DNA of 64,000 nucleotides, from positions 384,001 through 448,000 of the forward strand of contig CM000429.1 in NCBI GenBank assembly GCA_000165345.1, written 5' to 3'. Below, piece by piece: positions 11,022-21,212 of this stretch (positions are counted from its first letter, which is position 1; each line of letters opens with the position of its first letter). The notes under the pieces are model-generated. The model was not told the origin of the DNA, made no database searches, and saw nothing but the letters and a program-made list of their open reading frames with translations. The translations under genes were made by a program, and so were the position numbers.

Positions 11022-12407
11022 ATGCCAAAGTTTAAAAAGAGTAAAAACAAGCCTTCTAGGAACAGAAATCCTCTACATGTAGATATTGAGTCTGCAAGTT
11101 GCCCATACTCAAAACCAAGAAAAATTAAACCAATAGATTCTTCCCATGACTCCCTTTATGATAACCTTTCTAATGAAGAACAATTTTCTTCTGAAGTGCC
11201 AAAAAATATTGGAAAAAAAATCTTGAACGAGGCGAACCGACAGCTTAATGACTTCTACGATGATGAAATTCAGGAACATATTATTTACGAAGAAACAAAT
11301 GAATCTGAAGAAAAATCTAATCTTCCTATTGATAGTGCCGGTTTTATATATATTGATGAAAGTGGAATAGGAACGGCTGATGATATGGGACTGGATAATT
11401 CTTATTGGAATGATTTATTAAAAAATTATGAAAATGAAAATCATTCAAGTCAAAGCATTCGAAATCAAACGGGTTTCATAGACACTATTGTTTCTAAGCT
11501 ACGTGAGAAGAGTTCAGATAGAAAACCTTTAGAAATATCTGAAAGTTGTCAAAACTCTAATATTCCCGAAAAGGTAACTCAAGTTTATACTTTAATCGGT
11601 GAATGGCTTACCAAATATAAATCTGGAAAACTTCCAAAAGCATTTAGTATTATTCCGAAACTCGAAAATTGGGAGGAAGTTGTATTTCTTACTAATCCAC
11701 ACAATTGGTCTCCAAATGCAATGAATGAAGCAGTAAGAATTTTTTCTTCAAATCTATCCCCAAAAGACTCACTAAAATTCTATTCAAAAATTTTATATCC
11801 TACTATTCGAACGAATATATCTCAAAATTATGGCAAACTGAATTATCATTATTACCAAGCACTTAAAAAAGCTATGTTTAAACCTGCTGCATGGTTCAAA
11901 GGTATCTTATTGCCCCTTGCAGAAGATGAGTCTTGTACAATCAAAGAAGCCATAATTATTGGGAGTGTATTAAGTAAAGTTAGTATTCCTGTTCTTCATA
12001 CTGCTGCTGCAATTATCAAGCTCTCACAAATTAAGGTGTGGAATACATGTCAAACACATTTTATAATGGTTCTGCTATGTAAGAAATATTCAATGCCTAA
12101 GAAAGTAATTGATGAGTTGGTTGATAATTTTACCAAATTTGACCAAAAATTCCTGCATTATAATGACTCTTCACCATTATTTTCACAAAATAACATCAAC
12201 CTAAATTCAACAAACGTTCAAACAAATAGTATTTTACCTGTAACTTGGCATAAAACTCTGCTGGTATTTGTTCAAAGATACAAATACGAGTTTTCATCCG
12301 ACCAAATTAATAGATTAAATGATCTTGTCAAAAACCAATATCATTATTTAATCTCTCCTGAAATTATTCGTGAACTTTCTCACTCGCTAATTAAAGTTCC
12401 GAGTTAG
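11022..12407 (+). CDS. Bystin/Enp1 (40S ribosome biogenesis factor)
   Basis: The C-terminal half KAFSIIPKLENWEEVVFLTNPHNWSPNAMNEAVRIFSSNL...YYQALKKAMFKPAAWFKGILLPLAEDESCTIKEAIIIGSVLSKVSIPVLHTAAAIIKL is near-collinear with the conserved bystin domain. Confidence 0.88.
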   Translation: MPKFKKSKNKPSRNRNPLHVDIESASCPYSKPRKIKPIDSSHDSLYDNLSNEEQFSSEVPKNIGKKILNEANRQLNDFYDDEIQEHIIYEETNESEEKSNLPIDSAGFIYIDESGIGTADDMGLDNSYWNDLLKNYENENHSSQSIRNQTGFIDTIVSKLREKSSDRKPLEISESCQNSNIPEKVTQVYTLIGEWLTKYKSGKLPKAFSIIPKLENWEEVVFLTNPHNWSPNAMNEAVRIFSSNLSPKDSLKFYSKILYPTIRTNISQNYGKLNYHYYQALKKAMFKPAAWFKGILLPLAEDESCTIKEAIIIGSVLSKVSIPVLHTAAAIIKLSQIKVWNTCQTHFIMVLLCKKYSMPKKVIDELVDNFTKFDQKFLHYNDSSPLFSQNNINLNSTNVQTNSILPVTWHKTLLVFVQRYKYEFSSDQINRLNDLVKNQYHYLISPEIIRELSHSLIKVPS

Positions 12408-12524
12408 ATTTCGACTTTATAATGAACAAGATTCTACATTAAAATAGTATATTATATTCAAAATCAAATTTCATAATTAAATTATAATTATTAAAGTGCC
12501 ATTGAATTGTATGATTTATTTATT

Positions 12525-15500
12525 TTAATAGAAATCGTCTTCCTTCAAAGACATACGAGCTATGCTCAACGCACTGTTCATATATTTATCAATAAATTCT
12601 TGTTTCTTAAACTCTGGTGAGGTTTTGGAGTAGTAAATAGCCTTTATTGTTGAATGAGACCTTGTACGTTCTTTAGAATTGATCAGTTTGCTGAATGTGT
12701 TGTAGAGGTGTTCAATAGTCATTTTATTATTAATATAATCTATTGCTCTTTGTAGATTAAAACTTTCTGAGAGGTCGCCTACGTAACGAATTTCATCCCA
12801 GTAATGGTTAAGCTTCTGATTAAATGAATTCCCTATTGATTTTGCTTCTTGTATTAATGCGCTTTTAATATCTTCAAACATGTGACTTTCCATATTTCCT
12901 AGCTTTCTGGTTGAAAACTCGTATAATGTATTACGTATAATCGACTCAATTTTTTCAACTGAATTATTGTTGTCTCCCTCAACTCCTACAACCAACAACC
13001 TGGTACTACTTATAGGAACAATATTTGCAAAAATAATATATCCTAATTGTTTGTTTGTCCTCAAATTGTCATAAATATATCCTTGAATAATTGGCTGTAA
13101 TGCCATTAAATGTAATTTTTCTTCAAAAGATGGGACTCCAAACTGGTAAAATGCCAATACAGTGTTATTAATATCCTCAAAAACTGGATTTATTAAGGCA
13201 ATATCAATCGGCCTTGTAAGTTTGTGGATTTTTTTTTTCATTGAATATTTATCATTAAGTGATAAAATTTTGCTATTTAATACAAACTTCTCAATTAGAT
13301 ACAAAGATTTATTCTTGGAAATATTTCCCTGTAAATATGCAATAATTGATTGTCTATGTAATAGCTTGTATGCCCAACTATTAAACAATTCGCATTTATT
13401 GTATCCTTTATTTGAACTTGAACCCAAAATTGTTTGTGTATATTCAAGTATGAATGAAATAAATTTATGTCTATTTTTGCTGGGATTTTGATTTTCTATT
13501 TCAACGAACATTCTGTTAATAAAGTTTCTATATTCCCACTCTGTGTATTCTCCATTGGTTTGCAATGACTTAATTATTAACATAATTTTAGAATATGTTG
13601 TATCTTCTGAATTAAAAGCATATTTAGAATTATTTAGCTCTGCAATGATTTCATTCAAAATGCTGCAATCAAAATTAGAAATATTTGCAATTTCTGATGC
13701 AACTATTTCGTTCAAAAGAATGTCGATATCATCTGAATACCCAAATGTATCTATGCTTATTAAGATACCCTCGACATCCCATTCTATATAAAATGACATT
13801 CCGCATTCACTATACCTCTCAATTTTTTCTTTAATCAAAGTATCTAAAATATACGTAATAATTTCTCCCCAAACTTGAGTTTCAATTCCTTTATTATATC
13901 TCCTTGGAAACTTGAGAAGTATTTTTATTCCGATTTTATGACTTTTTTTTACAGGACCATTCCACCAAATATTAGCTAACATGGAATCTAACCTTTGCGG
14001 AGTTGATAAATCTTCTACCTCTTGAATTATTCTTAAATTAATTGGCGAACACTTTTCTGGAGTTGGTAATTTTATTTCGTTTTCTTCTCGCTCATTAAAT
14101 TTTGTTTTTTTCCAAGCATTTAATGTTTTTATGGGAATGTCTTCAATAGCGTGCTTAACATGAAAAAATTTCTCATAAGTTCCTGAAAATTCCTGTTCAT
14201 CACTTACTAAAAATAAAGTATCAAATGGCGAAATAGCATTCAAAATCTCGTAAATTAAATTTTCATCAACATCTTCGATTAGAATATCTCCACTTAATGC
14301 TGCATGAACTCCGTATTGAATCATCTTGGAACAAATTTCTGATGTGGAATGCATAGGTGAACTTTCTAACATTTCTGTGTTTGTGATGAACTCTCTCTCT
14401 GTTAATGATCTTATTCCTTGATAAACCTTTAATAATTCTTTGCTTTCTTTTAATTTGTTGATATATTTATAAATTAAACCAATTATTTCGAATTGATTTT
14501 TTAACCCTTCTGATGTTAATTCCAATTGATAGATGAAAATACTACCAAATGTATAATTTTCATATACTGAGTTTGAATTTGTTATATAATTGTTTTTTTG
14601 TAGAAACCAGAAGAGTGAGTTTTTTTGTTTAGAATTAAGAATATATGATAAATAAATCAACGGCTGTTTGACAGGAGAAATTAAACGAGCTGGAAATGAC
14701 CAAATTAACCACAGTAAATCGCGTCCGCCGAGAGATTTTACGTGGATCTTCTTACTCAAATATTTTTGATCAATTATGGATTTGTTCAAAATGCCATGCT
14801 CTTTTTTTAGTGAACTGAATTCGCATTGTCCATCATTATCGATTAAAACTCCAGAAAAATATTTTTGTAATAATTTTTCCTGATCTGTTAAACTTCTCTT
14901 TGAAGATAAAACAATAAACATATTTATTCCACAATAATATTTTTTATACATTTTTTTAAGTAGTCTTGGGATTGATATCCCTAATTTATTTGGAATGTCA
15001 ACCAATGTTTCAATATTTCCTGTTGTGAATTGTGACATTGGCTTATTTGTGTGAGTTTTTAACATATGAAATAGACGATCAAATTCATTGGGAATATTTT
15101 TCAAATGCTCTGAATTTATTATATGAATTTCTTTTTCAATAACATTTTCATAAAATAAAGGATCTATAAAAAAGTGTGAAAAGCGATCTAATCCTTCTTC
15201 CAAGTACTCTTCCCCAATTTCATTAAAGTAGATTGTTCTTTCTTCTGAAGTATATGCATTGTTTTTTCCACCATGTTGGGCCATAAATTCATCGTAGCTT
15301 TCAGGAGCCGGATACTTTTTTGTCCCCAAAAAAAGCACATGTTCAATTAAATGAAATAATCCCAAAGCATAAACAGGATTATTAAAAGATCCAACTTTTA
15401 TCCCAACAGTAAAACCTGCTTTTTCTGAAAATTTATCTTCTATCAGCAGTGCAGTAATTCCATTTTCTAAAGTGATGTTTTTATAGCTTCTATCGTCTGT

Positions 15501-15608
15501 TTTTGGCTTTAAAACAGAGTAGCCTGATTTCCAAATAGAGCTTGAGCAGCTAAGCGAAATTTCATTGTTGATACTGATAATTATAATAAATAAAAGCAAG
15601 CATAGCAT
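12525..15608 (-). CDS. Secreted insulinase-like zinc metallopeptidase, M16A family (1027 aa)
   Basis: N-terminal signal peptide (MLCLLLFIIIISINNEISLSC). Inverted zinc motif HxxEH (FHLIEHVLFLGTKKYP) and downstream EEGLDRFSHFFIDPLF glutamate motif are both intact. Length is typical of the insulin-degrading enzyme family. Confidence 0.88.
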   Translation of the reverse strand: MLCLLLFIIIISINNEISLSCSSSIWKSGYSVLKPKTDDRSYKNITLENGITALLIEDKFSEKAGFTVGIKVGSFNNPVYALGLFHLIEHVLFLGTKKYPAPESYDEFMAQHGGKNNAYTSEERTIYFNEIGEEYLEEGLDRFSHFFIDPLFYENVIEKEIHIINSEHLKNIPNEFDRLFHMLKTHTNKPMSQFTTGNIETLVDIPNKLGISIPRLLKKMYKKYYCGINMFIVLSSKRSLTDQEKLLQKYFSGVLIDNDGQCEFSSLKKEHGILNKSIIDQKYLSKKIHVKSLGGRDLLWLIWSFPARLISPVKQPLIYLSYILNSKQKNSLFWFLQKNNYITNSNSVYENYTFGSIFIYQLELTSEGLKNQFEIIGLIYKYINKLKESKELLKVYQGIRSLTEREFITNTEMLESSPMHSTSEICSKMIQYGVHAALSGDILIEDVDENLIYEILNAISPFDTLFLVSDEQEFSGTYEKFFHVKHAIEDIPIKTLNAWKKTKFNEREENEIKLPTPEKCSPINLRIIQEVEDLSTPQRLDSMLANIWWNGPVKKSHKIGIKILLKFPRRYNKGIETQVWGEIITYILDTLIKEKIERYSECGMSFYIEWDVEGILISIDTFGYSDDIDILLNEIVASEIANISNFDCSILNEIIAELNNSKYAFNSEDTTYSKIMLIIKSLQTNGEYTEWEYRNFINRMFVEIENQNPSKNRHKFISFILEYTQTILGSSSNKGYNKCELFNSWAYKLLHRQSIIAYLQGNISKNKSLYLIEKFVLNSKILSLNDKYSMKKKIHKLTRPIDIALINPVFEDINNTVLAFYQFGVPSFEEKLHLMALQPIIQGYIYDNLRTNKQLGYIIFANIVPISSTRLLVVGVEGDNNNSVEKIESIIRNTLYEFSTRKLGNMESHMFEDIKSALIQEAKSIGNSFNQKLNHYWDEIRYVGDLSESFNLQRAIDYINNKMTIEHLYNTFSKLINSKERTRSHSTIKAIYYSKTSPEFKKQEFIDKYMNSALSIARMSLKEDDFY

Positions 15609-15657
15609 TTGTATTTTTTTGATATCTTAAATATTTAATTATTTACTACGTAAATTA

Positions 15658-15665
15658 TGCATGCA
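15658..15665. promoter_or_regulatory. TGCATGCA palindromic box (AP2-type motif), about 50 bp upstream of the insulinase-like peptidase ATG
   Basis: Exact 8-mer TGCATGCA in the short intergenic space. This octamer is the best-known ApiAP2 target in Cryptosporidium/Plasmodium promoters (established knowledge). Function here is inferred. Confidence 0.3.
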
Positions 15666-15843
15666 TGTACTCATGTAAATATTTTCTGCGTTAAAAATTA
15701 TCAAAAGTAAAAAAGGATTACAAGAATATTTAATGCAGATACTTTTATTTCAGTAAATTTAGCAAATAATTCCTAAATCATTAAGTTCTAATTCTTTGAA
15801 GTCATTCATGAAAAATTGTTCATATTAACAATTATTTTGTATA

Positions 15844-17826
15844 TTAATGAGACGAAACATCTAGAAGGCTTATTTCATTAGAATGCTGTTCTAATCCATC
15901 ATTTATTCCGCTAGGTATTGGGTGAAAAACTCGTGTTTCAGAGTTTGAGTTGTTAGATACCATTACATCAGTTTTTTTTTTTTTATTATCTATTTTAAAT
16001 TCATTTGAACTATTTTTTTTTTTTATTTGCGGTAATCTCCTTTGTTTTGACCTCAAAGAATTCAAATAATACTTAATTGCTTTATAAACCGATTGCCAAT
16101 GCATAATACTTGACGTAGATTCACGAACAAAAGTTCCTTTTGAAGCAAGTCCATCTATTGATATAATTCCCTTTGACCAAGGTAATATTTCATTTGAACT
16201 TTTTTCTATTCTCTTTTCAATATGAAAAATAAATACTTCAAATTGTTCTTTGGAAAACTCCATTATTTGAGCAGGCCAAAATGTACACTTATAGTTTACC
16301 CATACTAACTCACCGATTTGAAATTTTGACCCTGGTTTAAGCTTATTTCCATGGGCTTTACAATAGTCACAAAACCAATCATTTTTTGTGATTTTATTCG
16401 CCTGGCTTTGACATGTCAGGTGATATATGTATCCACAATTTACGCACATATTCATACTCTCTTTCCCATTTCTTGGAACCTTACAAATATAGCACTTCCA
16501 TTCTGAATCTTTGGGTAATGAATGCCTAAAAAATACAGGAATATTTAATTGAAAGTTTTCGTCTTTTATATCGTTGTTAATAGAATTGCTCTCCGACTTT
16601 ATTGATTCGAGTTCTAATTCTATTTTTTCCGTTTTGTCACACCGTAAATTATTTAACAAGTTTTTCTGCTCAAGTAATTTCTCATTTGTCTCGCCTTTTA
16701 AATCTGAATTGTTTTGAAGAACTTTTTGTCCAATTCCAGCGAATATCATGTCAATTAGTTCTTCTTTTGTAATATCTTCGGATTTTTCATCAATAGAAAT
16801 CGAAATACCTGGATTTCTTCTTTTTAGTATTTTCGCAACAATATACTTAGGAAGGCAAGAAATTGCTGCATATAAATACATCTTGAAGTTCTCAACATCT
16901 ATTTTATCATTGTAAAAACTTGTATTCTCTATTTTTCCGTTTGAGTTTTTACTCGATTCGGATTTATTCGAATTTAAATTAGAACTTTTTTCCAATTCAA
17001 AAATGTGATTATTTCCATTAATTACTTTTCTTAGTGTATTGTATGTACTTAAATGATCCATTTCCTTATCGTCAAAATGAAATCTATTGTCAGAGTTGTA
17101 ATTAAATAGAGTTGTATCTTCATTTGTTGAGCTTTGAAAGCCAGAATTAATCTTTGAATTGTATTGACTATTCTCAGTATATTGAGTATCCACTAAAGAA
17201 TTTAATATTTGATTGTTTTGAAGTGATTTTTCTTTACTATTTGATAAATACTTATTTGAATTACTATTCTTGCAATTTTGAGAAATACTTTCGTATTGAG
17301 TATTTTGGAATGCTTTATAATAAATACATCTTCCTCTATGGCTTATAAATCCTTTGACACTAAAATAAATTTTCTTGCAATAAATACATCTCACTCTCAA
17401 ACTGGATTTAGTTGGAGTAAATGCATAATTGCATTCTACCTTGATTTTACCTTTTTTTATAGATACCTTTCCTTCTTGCCAGTTTAAATCTAAATTGTTT
17501 TTTGACTTGTTCTTGAAATCGGAATCGAAAGTTACATCTTGGCTCATCTTTCCCTTTAACGCTTCTAGTGAAATGCAATTTTGATTCCCTAACTCATCAA
17601 CCGGGCTCGCGCTATTATTATGGTTATTGTAATCATTGGAATTATTTGCCTTCTCAAGTAAATTAGAATTAAATTTTTCTTGCGTGTTAAATATATAATC
17701 GCTTGTTTGAGTGCAACCTTGGAATATCGAATTCCCCAGAAAATCTTTCTCTACTTCATTTATAGTTCGGATATCTGCAACAGTTTCTTTATTATTTTGA
17801 GAAGTGTTTAGGATATTAATAAACAT
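15844..17826 (-). CDS. Chromatin-reader-like protein with a PHD finger followed by a PWWP-like domain (660 aa)
   Basis: WKCYICKVPRNGKESMNMCVNCGYIYHLTCQ...WFCDYC has C4HC3 spacing. It is followed by GELVWVNYKCTFWPAQIMEF, which resembles the PWWP core. An extra Cys/His cluster (CIYCKK...HRGRC) lies upstream. The rest is Asn/Ser-rich low complexity. Confidence 0.7.
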   Translation of the reverse strand: MFINILNTSQNNKETVADIRTINEVEKDFLGNSIFQGCTQTSDYIFNTQEKFNSNLLEKANNSNDYNNHNNSASPVDELGNQNCISLEALKGKMSQDVTFDSDFKNKSKNNLDLNWQEGKVSIKKGKIKVECNYAFTPTKSSLRVRCIYCKKIYFSVKGFISHRGRCIYYKAFQNTQYESISQNCKNSNSNKYLSNSKEKSLQNNQILNSLVDTQYTENSQYNSKINSGFQSSTNEDTTLFNYNSDNRFHFDDKEMDHLSTYNTLRKVINGNNHIFELEKSSNLNSNKSESSKNSNGKIENTSFYNDKIDVENFKMYLYAAISCLPKYIVAKILKRRNPGISISIDEKSEDITKEELIDMIFAGIGQKVLQNNSDLKGETNEKLLEQKNLLNNLRCDKTEKIELELESIKSESNSINNDIKDENFQLNIPVFFRHSLPKDSEWKCYICKVPRNGKESMNMCVNCGYIYHLTCQSQANKITKNDWFCDYCKAHGNKLKPGSKFQIGELVWVNYKCTFWPAQIMEFSKEQFEVFIFHIEKRIEKSSNEILPWSKGIISIDGLASKGTFVRESTSSIMHWQSVYKAIKYYLNSLRSKQRRLPQIKKKNSSNEFKIDNKKKKTDVMVSNNSNSETRVFHPIPSGINDGLEQHSNEISLLDVSSH

Positions 17827-18094
17827 TGCGAACTTTTTAATAAAATCTTGATCGATTGCGCCCCCCTATTGTTTATTAGTGACTGTTTAATAATTACTCG
17901 TAATTAGTACAAAATTCAACTTACATCATGTTTTATTTCTCCATTTTCGAAATGACTTTGTGCGCTACTCATATTTTCCTTCTAAATACATTTGAAACGT
18001 GTCCGATCAAACCTAAGTTCTCATTAATTTGATGAAAATTCATTAATATTATTCTAGTCGCATGCAATCATTTATTTACCACTTCTTTCTTTCA

Positions 18095-18102
18095 TGCATG
18101 CA
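18095..18102. promoter_or_regulatory. TGCATGCA box, with a second GCATGCA at 18060..18066, about 270 bp upstream of the PHD-PWWP gene ATG
   Basis: Two copies of the AP2-type palindrome within 45 bp in the intergenic region 17827..18254. Confidence 0.3.
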
Positions 18103-18254
18103 ACTAGTTAAACCCGCCATAATTTCGTGGGAACCTCGATAACATGCCAAATAACCCACTAATACATGAAAAATTGGTAGAAAATATACATTTATTATAG
18201 AAATGAAAGCTCAAAAGCTACTAAAATCTACAACCTACATCCTACAAAGAAAAG

Positions 18255-20585
18255 TTAAGATAGCTTACAGAATCCATTAGAATATGAGTCATACCAAAGG
18301 GGATTTTGCCATGTGTCAATGCAAGAAATTGATGAGGAATCAAAGTCCCAGGAATTACAATCATTTTGACTTGAGCTTTCATCTTCTTGCTGAACTTCTG
18401 CAGAGTATACAGTTGGAAGGGTACAAGATACAGATGAATTAAAGAACTTTGAACCAACTGAATAATGAGGGACAGAGGTCGAAGCTTCAGAGCTTATTGG
18501 ATTTTTATCTGTTGTTGGAATACAAAACATATCAATGTTTAAATAATCACAATTCCATGACTCTGTAGCAACCAAGTGCTTGTTAAAGATTGTATAATTC
18601 ACTTGATCATGTTCTATTTGCTCGTTATTCTGAGACAAGGTATTATGGGTGTCCTGATCCAATTGGAAGGATGACAGCGTTTCCGCCTTTTCCTCATTTT
18701 CCGTACTATTGGAATTTCCAACACAAGAACTCAACCCTACCGAAGATTGTACGGTCGTCTCTTCGCTCCATCGGCTTGTTTCAGTGTTAGAATAAAAGTA
18801 TGTCCCAGAAGAAATATACATTGTTTTGTTTGGATCTTCTAAAAATGGTCCATCATAGGTTGAGAAAGACTGGCATGGAGAGGAGGTATAAGAAGAAATA
18901 TTACAGTAATTTGTGTTAGGCGAAACTGTGGTAGATGCTTGATGATGGACAGGCGTTGAAACAGAAAACTTATTACCAGAAACCATGCTATTCCTGCTAT
19001 CCGAACACTTTCTGGATAACACACTATTGCTCAATTTACCTCCAATCCGACTTGGATATGAGTCAATACTTGAACTTTGCGTTGGACTTTGGTGTATACT
19101 ATTTATAGGGCTTTCCTCTGCATTACTTACAACATTCAGTTTTAAGCAATTTCCTCCATAAGATTCTTCGATACCTACCATTATATTGTTTTCGCCAGTG
19201 TTCAAACCGCAATTAACATCGAATGAAAGTTGCTCACTGATTGAAAAGTTTTCTGCAAAGCTGTGCCTTTCATCTACATGAGTTTCGGTTAATTTGTTAC
19301 CATCAATAAAAATATTTTGAGCACAGTGATTGTTTATTTCTAACAGCGAGCTTTTTGAACTGCTATTTTTGTAATTCATTCCGGTTGTATTGGCCTGGCT
19401 GCATACATCAATTGAAGGTTTATCAATAGAAATATTACTATAACCGCAATGTAATCCTACCTCGCTTGAGCCAGAAACTAACTTCCCTGATCCTTCTGGA
19501 ATATCATTGGTAACTGTATTCGTTAATGAAATGCCTTGAAACCCAATTATTGAAGAACAATAACATCGCTGATTATTACCGCATGTTTGGCAATCAAATG
19601 TAGAGTTAGAACAAGCTAGATTCGAACTCGCCGAGTAAGGTGATGACCTAAATGAGATTGGTTTGATGCATTGGCCATTATTAATCGCCGCATTAAGATT
19701 ACAACTTGCTGGATCATTTTTCAAGTTATCATTGGGAACATAAGCGTTCAAATTTTCAGTAAGGTCATGAGAGATAGCTTTACGGTCTTTGTTAACTGCA
19801 TTATTCATTATTGAAACATTTCTACCGTTTGCCACTAAATTTTTACCAACAATTCCACTTATTTTATATCCCACTCCGCCCATTCCTCTTGAATAACTTT
19901 GCCTTTGAGAATCATAATTTTCCTTATTCATTCCTATTTTTTGTGTTTTTAATAGCCCAATAGTTGAACAATTCAAATTATTGTTCATACCTATCTGTAA
20001 AGGTAAACATTTACCATCACGTTTTTTTCTTTGCTTCATCCAACAAGCATTACAGACCCTTAACTTTGATTCGACCGAACATACCGAAATATATCTCCAC
20101 TGAGGAGTTTTTGTAGCAGAGCAAATCTGACAAAAGTAATCAGACCTGTCTAGGGGTGGCCTTCCTGCCCTCCTCTCATTTGTTTGTTTAAGTTTACTAT
20201 CCATATTTTTCATTGATTGAATTTCAGTATCAAAATACCTGGTATTTTTATATCCAAAAATCATGTCTCCCTCACTATTACCATCGCCACCTACATTTCG
20301 CACTGAATCTATCAATATACGATCACCCGATATAACATTATTTAATGGCTGTTGTCCTAACATATTAAGAAAAGGATAATTCTCAAGGCATTGAGAGTCG
20401 CCAGATAAAGTTCTTGTGCCAATGAGAGACTGATCATCAGATAATATATCACAGGATGTTAAGTTAGTCAAAATATTGCTCCTTTTAACTAGCTTTTCAT
20501 CTTTGCTTTGAATAATATTTTCAATAAGAGGAATAGCAATGGACCCACCATTCATATTTCGATTAGTTTCAATTTGCGATTTCAT
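18255..20585 (-). CDS. GATA-type zinc-finger protein with long Ser/Asn-rich low-complexity regions (776 aa)
   Basis: CQICSATKTPQWRY...(17 residues)...RVCNACWMKQRKKRDG follows the C-x2-C-x17-C-x2-C GATA finger pattern, with the basic tail. No other recognisable domain. Confidence 0.65.
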   Translation of the reverse strand: MKSQIETNRNMNGGSIAIPLIENIIQSKDEKLVKRSNILTNLTSCDILSDDQSLIGTRTLSGDSQCLENYPFLNMLGQQPLNNVISGDRILIDSVRNVGGDGNSEGDMIFGYKNTRYFDTEIQSMKNMDSKLKQTNERRAGRPPLDRSDYFCQICSATKTPQWRYISVCSVESKLRVCNACWMKQRKKRDGKCLPLQIGMNNNLNCSTIGLLKTQKIGMNKENYDSQRQSYSRGMGGVGYKISGIVGKNLVANGRNVSIMNNAVNKDRKAISHDLTENLNAYVPNDNLKNDPASCNLNAAINNGQCIKPISFRSSPYSASSNLACSNSTFDCQTCGNNQRCYCSSIIGFQGISLTNTVTNDIPEGSGKLVSGSSEVGLHCGYSNISIDKPSIDVCSQANTTGMNYKNSSSKSSLLEINNHCAQNIFIDGNKLTETHVDERHSFAENFSISEQLSFDVNCGLNTGENNIMVGIEESYGGNCLKLNVVSNAEESPINSIHQSPTQSSSIDSYPSRIGGKLSNSVLSRKCSDSRNSMVSGNKFSVSTPVHHQASTTVSPNTNYCNISSYTSSPCQSFSTYDGPFLEDPNKTMYISSGTYFYSNTETSRWSEETTVQSSVGLSSCVGNSNSTENEEKAETLSSFQLDQDTHNTLSQNNEQIEHDQVNYTIFNKHLVATESWNCDYLNIDMFCIPTTDKNPISSEASTSVPHYSVGSKFFNSSVSCTLPTVYSAEVQQEDESSSQNDCNSWDFDSSSISCIDTWQNPLWYDSYSNGFCKLS

Positions 20586-21212
20586 ATTAATAACTGCTCA
20601 TAAAAAGTCACAAATAAATGCCATATATCTCTTGACTTATCTTGAAATAATTTATTTGTAGGTATCACCAACAAATATACCTGTATCAAAAATAAAAGTC
20701 GATCTATTTCGTAGATCAAAAACATAGAGTATCAGAATGATACAAAACCCAATAAAAATGACCAGTATTGGCGATACTCTTCAGAGAGCTTGAAATAATT
20801 ATCTCTCAATACCTTAATTTTAAAATGTTATTCAATCTAAATAGTATCTTATAAAGTGCACAATTTACAATGATGCATTAGATCATGAGCAATTTTACCT
20901 GAATAATCCTGTCGTTTATCAAATACCTGAAAACTTAATGAAATAACACACTCAGCACCTTTCATAAACTATCTCCTTTCAAATAGAACTACCCTCAATT
21001 GGAACTGCATTGACCACAATAACAACTGCACAAAGACATGCGCTGCAATCTGGACAACCATCGTCTCCCCTTTAACCCACAGCCCGCGCCCTGAGGCGGT
21101 TTTTTTGGATATTCACTTCTGTATCAATCTTGAGAGCGGTATAATAAACCTAGTGATGAAATTAAAAAAAACTTTAAGATTTAATCGAAAGAATCATTTG
21201 GCATGTAGCCTT

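Noticed and set aside
20940-21104. tRNA, U6, 5S or SRP RNA gene ending at the T7 run
   Set aside because: I could not find D/T-loop boxes (GTTCGA-type) or conserved snRNA motifs by eye. It is retained only as a low-priority hairpin finding pending a covariance-model scan.
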